64,000 nucleotides of DNA from Antedon mediterranea. Lineage: Eukaryota > Animalia > Echinodermata. Position numbers and translations under genes: made by a program. The notes under the pieces were generated by a model that was not told the origin of the DNA, made no database searches, and saw nothing but the letters and a program-made list of their open reading frames with translations. Positions 1 through 14,045 of this stretch are shown here, piece by piece (the first letter of the stretch is position 1; the number at the start of each line of letters is the position of its first letter). The stretch lies in the NCBI RefSeq assembly GCF_964355755.1, contig NC_092675.1, positions 23,718,912 through 23,782,911 on the forward strand. Reading direction: 5' to 3'.

Positions 1-3000
1 CTCATTAGCGAAGGTAACATTTGCGAAGGTAATACAGCTACATAATATATTTTTTCAGCATCGTCATCAGTAAAGTTTAAGTATATACATATACATATAC
101 AGAGTTACATAGGTATAACATGTGACGCATGTACCATAAGCATTAACCTATGACGTTTGATACATGTGACACTAGTAGGTATTACATACTTTACATAATA
201 CTAGACAGATAATACCATGTGTGAAGATAATTACAAAGAATGGGGTGAGATAATAGTACTGTAGGCCTACTCACTGTACTGTATTTTTGGATTTGAAAAG
301 TTCGAGAGTGATAATTAATTTGTTATTATCTAGTATAAAATACTGTACCAGTAAAAATGAAATTATATGTACAGTGCAAATGTGAATAACATTGATAAGG
401 ACAAGATTTTACGAATGATCATCATTGTCGTTGAATTTAATTTACACAAATGCATTTTTAATAACTTGATATATATATATTTGAATATTATGATTCATTT
501 TATTGTATAGTTTTTATCACGCACCTGATATATTCCCATAGGTGTGGTCGCTGCTGGGACCAGAGTATGCTCCGCCAGTCAACCCTCGCCATTTCGTCCA
601 ATCAAAATTGTCATTCGGATAACTCCATTGTGTTATTTGTTCACAATTTTCTTCAGATTCGAAATCACACAAAAATACCTCTGAAAATTAAACATTAAAG
701 CCAAAATTAATTTGAATTATAATGCATTCATTTGATAATTCCAATTCGGAAGTGCTCGTCATTTGCAGTACTATATAAATAATCTAACAACATCTGGTAG
801 AACTCATCAATGATGATGCACATGATAATATATTATAATCTAACTATTGTACATTTTATAAGGCAGTATTATGAATGACCGTATTTAGAGCAAGTAGGTA
901 TGTTTTATGATTGTTTATTCATAATAATTTATATATTCATATTATAATATTGTTGACTTCAAATTCTTTATATGATTTATCAGCAACTCATTTTTTTTTA
1001 AATAAAAAAACATACTAATACTATGGTACAGTAGGCCTACTACTGTACATAATCCACAACGGAATTGGAATTGGTCAATTGTTTGGTAAAACAATTTGAA
1101 AATGGAAACATTGTCTTGTCCGATGCAAAAAGTACAATAAATGCTAAGTTAGAGCGTATACAGTATTTAAATGAAATCGTGAATTATAATAGTATTCACT
1201 TTTAACGTTCTATTACGTATAAATTATATCCAAAACACGGCCAAGGCCGCACGCGTAAAGCATATCTTTATGATGTCTTTTCAGTCGAGCTGCTATCATT
1301 ACTGCTTAAGGGAGAGTGTAATAAAATAATGTGCACCGCTGTTGTATACAGAAATTAAAACTTACATTTTATGGTCAGAAAAATACGGGATACAGTACTG
1401 TAATAAATCGAAAATCATGTGATTGGAATTTCTTTTTGTGTGAATGAATGTAATTGTTCAAATTTGGGCTGATACAATAGAGGTTCAAACTTCAATTTAG
1501 TCGTGTTTTTGTTTAATTATGAATATATTTTAAAGTAAGCAAGATAATAATTTAAACAATGGAGGCATGGTTACAAAAGAAATTAAATAGTGAATATAAC
1601 TTATGGTTATACTCTACATTGAAACGTAGCAACTCAATATACCTTTACATGTAAAAATGATTCCAATAAATATAATGTTTAGGATTTTATTTGTGTTACA
1701 CGATTTTCTTCTTATCCGTGGAGAGGGGTGGGGATTTTAATTACACAGTAAAATCACTATTCTTTTGTACACAAATGTTGTAAGTAGAGAGGAATTTCAA
1801 AACAATAATTCAGATGACTAAATATAGTAAGTAATCTTCACTTCAGATTTTTATTTTCGTACTATATAGCAAGCATGCTCTACCGTATTAACACGCATAT
1901 AGGCCTACCCTCTTTTTGTATTTTTTCACTTTCTATGGAGTCACCAGATTTGGTGTACATGGTATAGCAACATTTTGCCAAATTACGTATTCCACCATTT
2001 TTATAAGACAAATTTATCTTTTTTCGTCTTGATTCTTGTGTATACATAATTGATGTATGTACATTTAACCAAATACCATATTTAAAATTCATGCCTGCAC
2101 ATGAACTTTAACATCAAATTGAGGTACCCTACTGTAGGCACTGTATTGCCAGTATACCTACAGTCCTACATTTTACAAAATCTTTTATCCAACGGTGTGC
2201 ATCTCGAACGAACACATTTAACTTCGTGTTATAGCTATGATTCTATTTTTTACGTAATGATCACATCAGAAAATTAGATGTATACACACACACGCATGAG
2301 TTACTTACACCATAGAAGATAGAAAATTATGATAATTTGACGTGAGTAGTATAAAGAATGCATAGCTAGCAGCCATACTGATTCGAAAGCGTGAAACCAT
2401 GCAGGTAATGCCACACTGAATACATTTCAATAATAATATATAAACAAAAAGAACAATAGAGAAGGGGATTTACACTCGGGATAAGGGTTGAAAATGCCAT
2501 AAGCTGTATTCTTATGATATATTTATACCATGGACGACGATGACGAGTATGCTATTTGACAGGCATTCAGTGCTAATGGATGGACATACTCATGAATGTT
2601 TCCAATGTTTAAGCTTAAGGTTTATATTGGATCAAACGGCCTAAAGGCATTTTGTCCCAAGACAATGGGATTTGCGAAAGGGATCAAGGACTTCAAGTAA
2701 GGACTTCGACGTTATATTTGTCCAGCTGTTAAAGTTAATAACATTCTATCTTTATGGTGTTAATAACATTCTGAATACAATCTTGAATCCATTATTATAA
2801 TGATTCTAATGGCTGTACCATGTGTCAATCAGATCGTATTCCTGTTATTGAATATAATGAGAGAGAGGAATTACATTAATTCCATTAAAAATGTATACAG
2901 TACATTATCATTATCGCAGAATGAATATCTATAATATATACTAAAACAAAATGTTTGAATATAAAAAAGAATAATTAAATACAATCAAGGTAAAATATCA

Positions 3001-6000
3001 TCAATTCACTTCAATAATGACGCGCTGCGCTTTTGAAATAAAACTTTAAAAAAAATATATGTATAATATTCAATACATATAATGTATTATGTACAAATCA
3101 ATATAAAATAACAAGAGTGGAAAATGTTCAAAAATCTAACTGCTCCAGTGGTTTCGAGTGCTTGAAATTCAACTTTACCTTATATGGTGGAATGGAATAG
3201 TAATAATGCTATTGTTATACTAATATAATAGAATTTATTAAAAAATAGATGATTGTTTTGACAATAAACAAGTTGAGGGTATGCAACAACAATAGATAAA
3301 TTGAGGTCGAACTCTATCTATATATCTATTGAAGAATAGTAAAATGGAGTTATCGTTGTTTAATTCTTTCTAGACCAAGACCCAAGCTTACGGCAACAAC
3401 ATTCACTTGAATGCTCACCACATTTGTCATATTGAGGAGCATTATATATGTGAGTGAATATTACATTTAAAATGTATTATTTTTTGCCTCCCCGTGTAAT
3501 AACTATATATAGCTATACAGTATTTTATTTATTAACCAATTCGATAGTTCGAATTTCGAAACATCACGACATCATTACATTATATTAAATAAAACGTGCA
3601 TAATTGTGTACATATTTTAAGTGTCTTGCCATGTTATGTGATGATATAATTGGATTGGATACTTCCGATACACTTAATTTTATGTACAGAACCAAGGAGG
3701 AACTTCCTCTTTAATAAGATGTATTGTGCGATTTTACTGTAGTGTAGCAATACTCACGTTGATAACATAACACAGTCTTAACCATCAGCGACGAACAAAG
3801 CAGAATGGATGTCAAGCTAGCATATAACCTCTTGAACAAAACAATCATAGTACGTTAAGGCTGTATCCTCCAAAATGTTGTTTTACATTCCAAAATCAGT
3901 TGGTAGTGAATGTATAACGCAACAGTTGAAGTTATATTTTTCGACTCGACTAACCGAAGCAGACGGCTTGTGAGCATTTTATCGACCAAAGCAAGGTCTG
4001 CTTGTTTACTGTACTGTAACCTTCTCAAATCAGATTGGCTTACAATCGACTTATGCATAATTCATGTTTCACGGTTCACTGATCATGACCGGTCAATAGA
4101 ACCTCGGAAGTATTTGGTAATTAAAAATGAAATAATGTACATCGATTTTATTCAAATCAATATTATGTTATATATTTTTCCTTCACTTAATACGACTTAA
4201 GTTTCAATGACTGGGTTATTGAACAAAATTGTATTTTTAATTTATTTTATTCGACGCGAGATTGCTTCATTACCATATTTGGTGTATGAAGGCAAGTGCA
4301 GTATGTAAACCATTGAACAACACGGAGAGGTAATATAATAATGATGTTTTTAAAAATATTTAAGATTTTAACACACTATTATCTATTATTATTAATGTTA
4401 ATACTTCAACTACCGTATTTTCGAACATTTCAAGCACATTGTAAATGCTATATTTGTTTTAATAAGATGCCTATTTGTTTAATGCAAGTATGTTTGTGTA
4501 CAAACAAATTTAAAATGTAGTTGGCCTACATACATATTAAAACAAATTATTTATATGACAAGCACATGAAGCCTACCAATAGTAGTGCTTCTTGGGCATT
4601 CTGACTTTATTTTACTTTTTTTAATACTATATCAAATTCGTAACTACTGCAGTAAACGTGTATTTTTTGTAAAAAGTTAGGCCTAGTGCTCTTTTGTTGT
4701 TTTGTTTAATTATCCTGTTGTCGATTTCAGTCTTCTGGGTGTTGCATGTTTCATTGTCTTGTCTTTTCAATCTGTTTTTGGATACAAATGTAGGCTAATA
4801 CTTTTTATTGTGTTCTGTGGGTTCGTCCCACCTTCAGGCCTATTAACATATGTTATAGATATCATATTTTTAAAGCATATTTTTCCTCTCGTTTATATGT
4901 TAAAACGCTAAAAGTAGTTAAACAATTTGCTAGGCCTATACATAAAATGATTGATTTTGATGTTTTTTAAACCATAATTGCATTCGTTATTTTACATTTT
5001 TTTTAAAGTAATTAGGCTATTACATTGAATTTTCGTAAAGTCTATAGTTGATTGCTTATAATGGACATAAAAAAATATACAAATAGATATTCGATTGAGG
5101 ATACGGTAAATATTTGTGTGTAAGTGTCATTGTTATTGTGGTTACATTGTCATTGGCGAATAAAGTGTATCGAACACATCGTGAAATACATTAGAAGTTT
5201 GACCTGCGGCATTGTATGAAAGTATTGATAGGCTAATTTTTGAATATTTTTTAGAATATTATGACTATTATTTATTGTATACATATTATTCCAATATTAT
5301 TAGTAGGTATACCTGTACACGAAAACCAATAGCAATAAACCAACAGCGAGAAACTCTCCAATTATGGATACATTATCTTGAGGCTTATGGATATTTGAAA
5401 GTCAGCATATTGCACCTGGACCATTGGAAGACAAGCAATTATCTACCAAGCTGCAGCTCCACTTCTGACGAATTGAATCCCTTAAAATAATATCCGAACC
5501 TGGGAAATGGTGTAATCTTAGATCCTAAATGAGCGTAAAAAAACTAAGTAAAACGATACTATTGATAACAATCATGATTTAAAATAAATATGACTTGATC
5601 CTAGCTATACAAATTAATTCTAAAAAACAATCGATTGGTAAAGGCGGGTTATAGTGAAAGCATGTTAACCATGAACTCCTCTATCAAATCTCAACAGGTA
5701 AGACTCATTCATTTTCTTCTAGTAATACATTTCACTAGGCACAAAGTAAACGGTAACAACAAGATAGACATATAACATTCAAAAACATACGCATGCAAAA
5801 CAAAACTGCACGACTTAATAAATGGAAAAGCTGTGAATGAAAGAGCTGGATCCACCTCAACAAAGTTCTTGGTATTGATCTCTTTATTTCAGAAAAACAA
5901 AATGTTGGCCTATACTGTAATTACAATGAAAAGAAAACGAAAATCACAAAAATATGATTCGCTTAGTGAAGAGTCTAGGACCTTCACGAGATGCAAAGTG

Positions 6001-7306
6001 CACCTAACAAGATCAATTTCACTCTAATTCACAACACTTTTAGAACCGAAACGCATTTGCCCTTAAGCCTCTATAAGGGTATTCTTCACGATGCAAACAT
6101 GAACTAGAACTACAATTATTTGGTAAATCTAACAAGGAGTTGTTTTTCACACCTCCAGTCTGCTAAATCTGATTATACGGATTATGACAAATATAATTGT
6201 GTATGAAAAACTTCAGCTACTTAGAAAGAGCTACTCAATAAATGAATTGAAAAATCGGGGGCGCTGTACAGGTAAAGGGCGGTATATCAAAAAGTACATG
6301 ACACGGTTAAGTTAAACTGTCACAATTTATTTGAGAATTTAAAGACAGGTTTTTAAATTGTGACAAATTACTTTTCCGTACCATTTCTAATACTCAACTC
6401 ATTAATAGTGCTCACGGTTTTGTATATTTCCTATCACCCTCTGGCTACTTTCTCCTAATGTTCTCATTAAATCGAATAATGGATGTTATCATACAAACAA
6501 ACACACACCCACAACAAGTAATAATACACATGGTAATAGAGGGAAAAGGTGAACCAGACGTCTAAAATGAATTAAATCATAACATGCTGTTTGGGGGCGC
6601 TAATATCGATAGCTTATTATGATTATGGTACAATGAGTATAAAACAATGGTACCCCTGTATTTACCTGTACTTGCTAATAGCTTTCACTTCAGCCTATTC
6701 TTTCTCTCCTCTGGTAACATTATAAAATACTATTACTTGCAGACGAAAACTCCGATTACCTAAAAAATCAGTCAGTATGATTTGTACCCCTTTCATTTAT
6801 TTGGTGTTCATAACTTGGGTAAAAAAATAGTTAATTGATTCTATACTAGTTAGTTAAGTTACTCAACAATCTAGAGAACGGTCTACATTTTGGTGGACAT
6901 AAAAAGTTCATTCCATTTTGTTATGCAAAACAAATTTGATTTGTCCAGGTTTACAGACACAAAGAATGTTAATAGGTGTAATTGTCGTACTGTTTGTAGT
7001 TTGATCTTGGTTTGTAGGACTACACATTTTTGTACACCAAAACATAGTAGTAGATCCGTTTTTATACAATTTTTACCCATAATTCTCTTTAAAAGTAAAG
7101 TTGTGTTTATTTTCCCGCTTGTCAGTGAGTTATCAAATTGGGTTTACCACTGTTCCTTGTTTTTTACACCTTACCTAATTTACATCTAATGTATTGTAGG
7201 TACTATTACTGTATAATAGTTAATACCAATGTCAATACTTGTTTTGTTTACTTGTAATCCCTCATAGTCGTATGAATAGAGGGAAATTGAGGCGAAGCAA
7301 AATTGC

Positions 7307-10174
7307 TTATAAGCCCCTCGCGGTTATCATGTCATATTGTACAAACGGTGTGAACTTTAATGGATGGTTTACCAAAGCCTCGTTTAGCCTATTTTTAAAC
7401 AAATTTAAAGAACTAGCAGAAACAACATAGTCAGAAAGACCATTCCACAAAAGTACAACTCTAAACGAAAAAGAATTTCTTCTCAAGTTTAACTTTGCTC
7501 GATGAAACTTTAATTAATGTCCACGGGTCCTTAAATCGACATCAAATTTTTAAAAAAAATCACTCGAGACAGACTCCATACCCTTTATAATTTTGAAAAC
7601 TTGAATCAAGTCAGCTCTATGTCGTCTATAAATTAAAGTTGGTAAATCTAATACCCTCAAACGTTCCTTATATGAAATTTTACGTTACCCTGGAATCATC
7701 CTAGTAGCTCTTTGCTGAACTTTCTCAAGCAAATCTTGATCTCTCTTAAGTATAGGATTTACAACTGTATTGCAATACTCAAGCATAGGACGAATCATAG
7801 CCTTATACATTTTAAGAAAACCTATCCTCTTTAGAGATTTAAATGCTCGAGTTATCATCCCTAATTTCCGATTTGCCCTTTTACAAACGTCAGCAACGTG
7901 TAAACTAAAATGCAAACTAGGGTAAAAAATAACTCCCAGGTCCTTTTCACATGTTTCCTCCGATAACAAATAACCCGACATTTCATAAAGAAATCGTTGT
8001 ACATTATTTCCGTAATGAATAACTTTACATTTTTGTTCATTAAATGGTAATTGCCACATTTTGGACCATTTAGAAGCATTGTCTAGATCTGTTTGTAATA
8101 ATTCCAAGTCCGCAATATCATTAAAAATCCTGTAAATCTTCGTATCGTCAGCAAAAAAACGAATAGACGAATTTATTAAATCAGGCAAGTCGTTTATAAA
8201 AATAGAAAAAAAAACTAGGACCGATCACACTTCCCTGAGGAATTCCGCTTTTAACCAAAATAATTAGGGAGAGATCACTATTTACACGGACGCACTGAAT
8301 ACGCCCCGACAGAAAATCCTTGAATCATGCCAGTAACGAACCAGTTATACCAACATTTTGTAATTTAACAATTAAACGCTGATGCGGAACGCTATCAAAA
8401 GCTTTTTTATAATCCAAATAAACACAATCTAAATTATCAGATTTTTAGTCCAATCCTCTAAAACTTCCAATAACTGAAGGGCACATGACCGTCCCTTTCT
8501 AAAACCAAACTGCACATCAGATAGAAGTTTATTTGACTCTAAATAAACAACAAGTTCATCCCTGATAACTCTTTCCATTATCTTCCCAACAACCGAAGTT
8601 AGGCTTACCGGTTTATAATTTGATGGGTCCCCTTTATCTCCCTTCTTGAATGACGGTACTACAATGGCTTCTTTCCATGATTTAGGGACAGTGCCATCTT
8701 CAAATAACCGAGTAAACACAACACTCAATGGGAATGCAATAATATCTTTAATTTCAAAAAGGACACGAGGATGAAAATCATCAGGACCTGCAGACTTCTC
8801 CACATTCAAGCCTGATAAAATGTTCAACACAACCTCTTCAGAAAAAACAACATCAGACAAATTTAATTTAGTATTTAATTTGACCTCGGGAATATTGGAC
8901 AAATCCTCATCACAAAACACAGATCCAAAAAAATCATTCAGCAAATTAGCTTTTTCCAAACCATCTGTTACTTTAACTCCACCACTATCTACTAAATCAG
9001 GGATACCAGAAGATATATTTAATTAAGAACGAACATAACGCCAAAAAGATTTCTCATTAGATTTAGCTTCCGCAGCAATCTTATTTTCAAACTCCGACTT
9101 AGAATTTCTAATTAAATTAACCGAATCATTTCTTTTTCTTGTAAAATATTCCCATTTACTAATACTGTAGTACATGTTTTCCGCTTTCTCTTTGCTTTAA
9201 CGTATTTCTTCAGAGCTTTATTTTTTGATTTTATAGATTTTTCAATTGCTTGCTTTTCATCCAAATAGGTTTAACATTTTTAGCTCCCATTTTTCTCATT
9301 GGAATACATTCTGAAACTGCTTTGCCAATAATATTATTAAACAGTTCCCAAGACTGCAAGCCAGACTTTCCCACAAAAATATTGTTCCACTCTACATTTC
9401 TAAGAATAATTCGCATCTTATCATAATCCCCATGCTTATAACTTCTTACATCAGGTTCAACTCACAACTTGGATTCGATCTCAATAGAAAAACAAAGCAA
9501 CATGTGATCACTTTTACCCAAAGGCGAAGCCTGTAGTACACAGCCAATTGTATCCTCATTTTTCGTGAAAACCAAATCTAAAACATTAGGATGCTCTCCC
9601 TCTCTATAACGCGTAGGTTCATTTACATTCTGGAATAGGAAGCAATCATTAATTGTATCATAAAAAGCCTTACTTGACTCTCCTCCTTCATTTGTAACAT
9701 AACCCAAGTCCCACTTTATGCTTTTATAATTGAAATCTCCTACTATAACTAAGTTATCACAAGGAAAATTTGTTGCTTCCACAAACAGCTTACGTAATGC
9801 AACATTATTCAAGTCTGAACCTGAATTACTTCTATATAAACACATCCAAATAAAACATTCTGATCTTTGGCCTTAATTTTGACCCAAACAGACTCCTTGA
9901 AAAAACAATCGTAGAAATAAATCTCCTCCGCAGACAACCCTTCTCGAATGTATATAGAAACTCCTCTACCAGAACTTAATTTCCGATCAGAAATAAACAA
10001 CTGAAAACCCGGTATAAAAAATTCCTGAATTGACAACTCAAATAAATAATTTTTCGGAAAAATTTCAGTCAATGCCAAAACATCAATCTGTTCATCATCC
10101 AAACGCGAAAATAATTCACTCTTTTTGTTTATATAATTATCGCAATTTGTGTACCAAACATTAATAAAACTCAA
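7307..10174 (-). pseudogene. CR1 ORF2 (APE endonuclease + reverse transcriptase), disrupted by frameshifts and stops
   Basis: Endonuclease motifs YTNCD, ALTE, GRGVSIYI, VGDFN, LDLVF, SDH. RT motifs KSAGPDDFHPRVL, PVSLTSVVGKIME, QFGFRKGRSC, YLDYKKAFDSVPHQRL (~8370-8420), SGIPQGSVIGP (~8220-8250), FADDTK, EKDLGV, RPMLEY, LEKVQQRATRMI. In-frame stops near 9024 (FWRYVRS*) and 8326 (W>TGA). Confidence 0.92.
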
Positions 10175-10193
10175 TTTTTATTTTCTTTAGTAT

Positions 10194-11080
10194 TTATGTT
10201 CTTTCTATTGGGGCACGAACATTTTTCACAATCTTATTTCCGCGGATTTTTAACCCCTTCTCTCCTTTCATAGTTCTCTCTACAAGCTCATTTTTAAATT
10301 TCCTATATGCCTCCCTTTCCCTAATAGTCCTATCATTGCTTATAAGAATATTTTTCTTTAACGCGATATCGTTTAGTTTGCTCATCGAAAAAAACAATTT
10401 TAATCGGTCTCATGTATGCATTTTCCCCCTCTAATTGTGCACCACGCGTCCCAACTCTAAAATAAGCCCGCAGGCTTGTATCGAGATCAAGGCCTTAAAA
10501 AATAATCAACAAATTTAGATCATGCCGCTTTCTATCTTCAGAATTTTCACTATCCGATTCAACCAATCCATATAACATTATGTTAGAACGTCGCTTTAAG
10601 ATCTCACTTTCATCTTCAAACCTAGCATTTATAACTTGCAATAACTCCTCTTTTTTGGCCACCTTCGTATCCTTACTTATTTTACAACTTCCACCTCCAA
10701 CTTATTAATCTTAGCATTAACTTGCTTGATATTAATTTTGTCAGACTTAAGCTCATGAATTTGTTTAAAATTTTCGTCAACGGACTCTTTACTAATATCA
10801 CGTGATAATTTTTTCTGATTTAGATTTATACACTTCAACACAGTAAGCATATTTGATGCCTGGGGTTTGCATGTTCTACAATACCACTCAACACTAGCAT
10901 CAGAATCACTTAATAATTTCATAGTTGCTTTACTAGCCTCTTGACATAAGGAATGAAAACTAAAGTCGCAAAACTTACATTTAACGCTGTTACCTACTTC
11001 TACCTCCTCCTGACAGCTACCACAAAAAACATAGGCTTCGGTCTACGCCTAGGCCTAGTCTTACCTTCCGCATCGGACAT
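10194..11080 (-). pseudogene. CR1 ORF1 with N-terminal PHD finger, disrupted
   Basis: ATG at 11080 gives MSDAEGKTRPRRRPKPMF. After a 1-nt slip in a T-run it reads CGSCQEEVEVGNSVKCKFCDFSFHSLCQ...WYCRTC (C4HC3), then a coiled-coil region, RRSNIMLYGLVES (~10560-10595) and ISNDRTIREREAYRKFKNELVERTMKGEKGLKIRGNKIV. Confidence 0.85.
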
Positions 11081-11849
11081 GCCTACACATTTTAATCTCC
11101 AAAAATCTCGAAAATCCTACAAAAATCTCGGCAAAAACTTCTTTCTACCTGATCTAAATAATTTCCTTTCCAACCTAAGCTAAATATTACACCACTAATT
11201 AAAGGATTTTCCAAAAAATAAACCAATTTAAAAAACGTTCATAACCGCTTAACAAAACATGTTTAACCACGCTGAACAGCGCCCTCTGTACTGAAAAAAG
11301 TAAAATAATTTGACAGGGAATAGATGTATATTCATCGAATTCGTTTTCAGTGGAGACACAATTCTTATTAACAACATTTACAAAAACGATTTTATTATCA
11401 AATATGCTCAACGTCTGATAAATGATGGGATTTAAAAGGTCATAGGGCACCGTTAATTGTATTTGTTGTAATTAAGACTGTATTCAAAACCTATCAATTT
11501 TAAGATGTATGCATATTTGTAACAGATTGAATCACCTTTCTCAATATTTTCAGAAGATTGAAAACAAAAACAATTGTTTAAAAAAACTATTTTTATACCT
11601 CCATGGTCGAAGTAACTGAAATTACTGACACCAGTTTCAAAATTTTATCAATACGAAACTAACCAATGACAAGCTCGTATCTTATGAAATTTGATCTTGC
11701 ATGAAAGGATCATTCAATTTTCAACACAACTTCTAGAACATTTTTGTATTATACAGAGACAATAATATTTGCCAATCTAAAATTCCTAAATAACCAATAA
11801 TCATTTGTTTTACAATAAAGGATGATAAAATAAACCGCCAACTGAAATC

Positions 11850-14045
11850 TAATGTTAATTTAACGTTGAAACATCAATGGCAACGCACTTAGTATTAAAA
11901 AATTTAAGTATTAAATATAATTTATCTTTAATTTAACGTTGAAAAACAAAAATAATAATTGTTTGAAAAAACAACATAATTTCAAGAGTTTTTCAACATT
12001 GAAAACATGTCATTTGAAAATGGCAACTGGATTTCAACGTTAAAATAACGTTGGAATAACATTGAAAAACAAAAATAATAATTGTTTGAAAAAAATTATT
12101 AGTTAGAAATACAATGTTATTTCAACGTTGGATCAACATTGATTAATTAACGTCAATTACTAGTTAGAAAGACAATGTTATTTCAACGTTGGAGCAACAT
12201 TGATAAATTAACGTAAATTTCTTGTTAAAAATACAATGTTATTTCAACGTTGGATCAACATTGATAAATTAACGTAAATTACTAGTTAGAAATACAATGT
12301 TATCAACATTGATAAATTAACGTAAATTTCTAGTTAAAAATACAATGTTATTGCAACGTTGGATCAACATTGATAAATTAATGTAAATTTCTTGTTAAAA
12401 ATACAATGTTATTTCAACGTTGGATCAACATTGATAAATTAACGTAAATTTCTAGATATAAAGACAATGTTATTTCAACGTTGTATCAACATTGATAAAT
12501 TAACGTAAATTACTAGTTAGAAAGACAATGTTATTTCAACGTTGGATCAACATTAATAAATTAACGTAAATTTCTAGTTAAAAATACAATGTTATTTCAA
12601 CGTTGGATCAACATTGATAAATTAACGTAAATTACTAGTTAGAAATACAATGTTATTTCAACGTTGGATCAACATTGATAAATTAACGTAAATTACTAGT
12701 TAAAAATACAATGTTATTTCAACGTTGGATCAACATTGATAAATTAACGTAAATTTCTAGTTAAAAATACTATGTGATTTTAACGTTGGATCAACATTGA
12801 TAAATTAACGTAAATTACTAGTTAAAAATACAATGTGATTTCAACGTTGGATCAACATTGATAAATTAACGTAAATTACTAGTTAGAAAGACAATGTTAT
12901 TTCAACGTTGGATCAACAATGATAAATTAACTTAAATTACTAGTTAAAAAGACAATGTTATTTCAACGTTGGATTAACATTAATAAATTAACGTAAATTT
13001 CTAGTTAAAAATACAATGTTATTTCAACGTTGGATCAACATTAATAAATTAACGTAAATTTCTAGTTAAAAATACATTGTTATTTCAACGTTGGATCAAC
13101 ATTGATAAATTAACGTAAATTACTAGTTAAAAATACAATGTTTATTTCAACGTTGGATCAACATTGATAAATTAACGTAAATTACTAGTTAAAAATACAA
13201 TGTTATTTCAACGTTGGATCAACATTGATAAATTAACGCAAATTTCGAGTTAAAAATACAATATGATTTTAACGTTGGATCAACATTGATAAATTAAGGT
13301 AAATTACTAGTTAGAAAGACAATGTTATTTCAACGTTGGATCAACATTGATAAATTAACTTAAATTACTAGTTAGAAAGACAATGTTATTTCAAAGTTGG
13401 ATCAACATTGATAATAAAACGAAAATTTCTAGTTAGAAATACAATGTTATTTCAACGTTGGATCAACATTGATAAATTAACGCAAATTTCTAGTTAGAAA
13501 GACAATGTTATTTCAACGTTAAATCAACATTGATAAATTAACGTAAATTACTAGTTAGAAAGACAATGTTATTTCAACGTTGGATCAACATTGATAATAA
13601 CACGTAAATTTCTAGTTAGAAATACAATGTTATTTCAACGTTGGATCAACATTGATAAATTAACGTAAATTTCTAGTTAAAAATACAATGTTATTTCAAC
13701 GTTGAATCAACATTGACAAATTAACGTAAAACATTTGTTTGAAAAACAATGTTATTTCAACGTTGGATCAACATTGATAAATTAACGTAAAACATTTGTT
13801 AGAAAGACAATGTTATTCCAACGTTAAATCAACATTTATTAATTAACATAAATTACTAGTTAGAAAGACAATGTTATTTCAACGTTGATTCAATGTTTAT
13901 TACTAAACGTAAAAAAAATAGTTAGGGAAAAAATGTTATTTCAACGTTGATTCAACGTTTGAAATACGCTGACAACATGATTTCAACAAATCAACTATAT
14001 TTCAACGTTGATTCAACGTTGAAATTATGTTCTGTGCCCACTGGG
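11850..14045. repeat. Tandem array of ~61-bp units (about 30 well-conserved copies at ~12100-13950, degenerate flanks)
   Basis: Unit approx. ctagttagaaagacaatgttatttcaacgttggatcaacattgataaattaacgtaaatta; the register shifts by 1 nt per 60-nt line. The array ends in gtgcccactggg-ta at 14034-14047. Confidence 0.97.

Larger units (their letters stand above)
7237..11290 (-). mobile_element. Near full-length CR1-clade LINE retrotransposon, decayed (5'UTR, ORF1, ORF2, 3'UTR, short ACAAG/ACAAA-rich tail)
   Basis: Colinear minus-strand fragments in LINE order: PHD ORF1, APE endonuclease, reverse transcriptase, and a CR1-like C-terminus (RNSFSFRVVLLWNGL...FKNRLNE...HPLKF). The 5' boundary is approximate and no TSD was found. 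Confidence 0.92.

Noticed and set aside
1880-6027. Short ORFs (60-96 aa) as protein-coding genes
   Set aside because: No recognisable motifs, AT-driven composition, and lengths expected by chance.
12100-13950. CRISPR-like appearance of regularly spaced palindromic repeats
   Set aside because: The sequence between palindromes is itself repeated (no unique spacers), there are no cas genes, and the context is eukaryotic. It is a tandem satellite.
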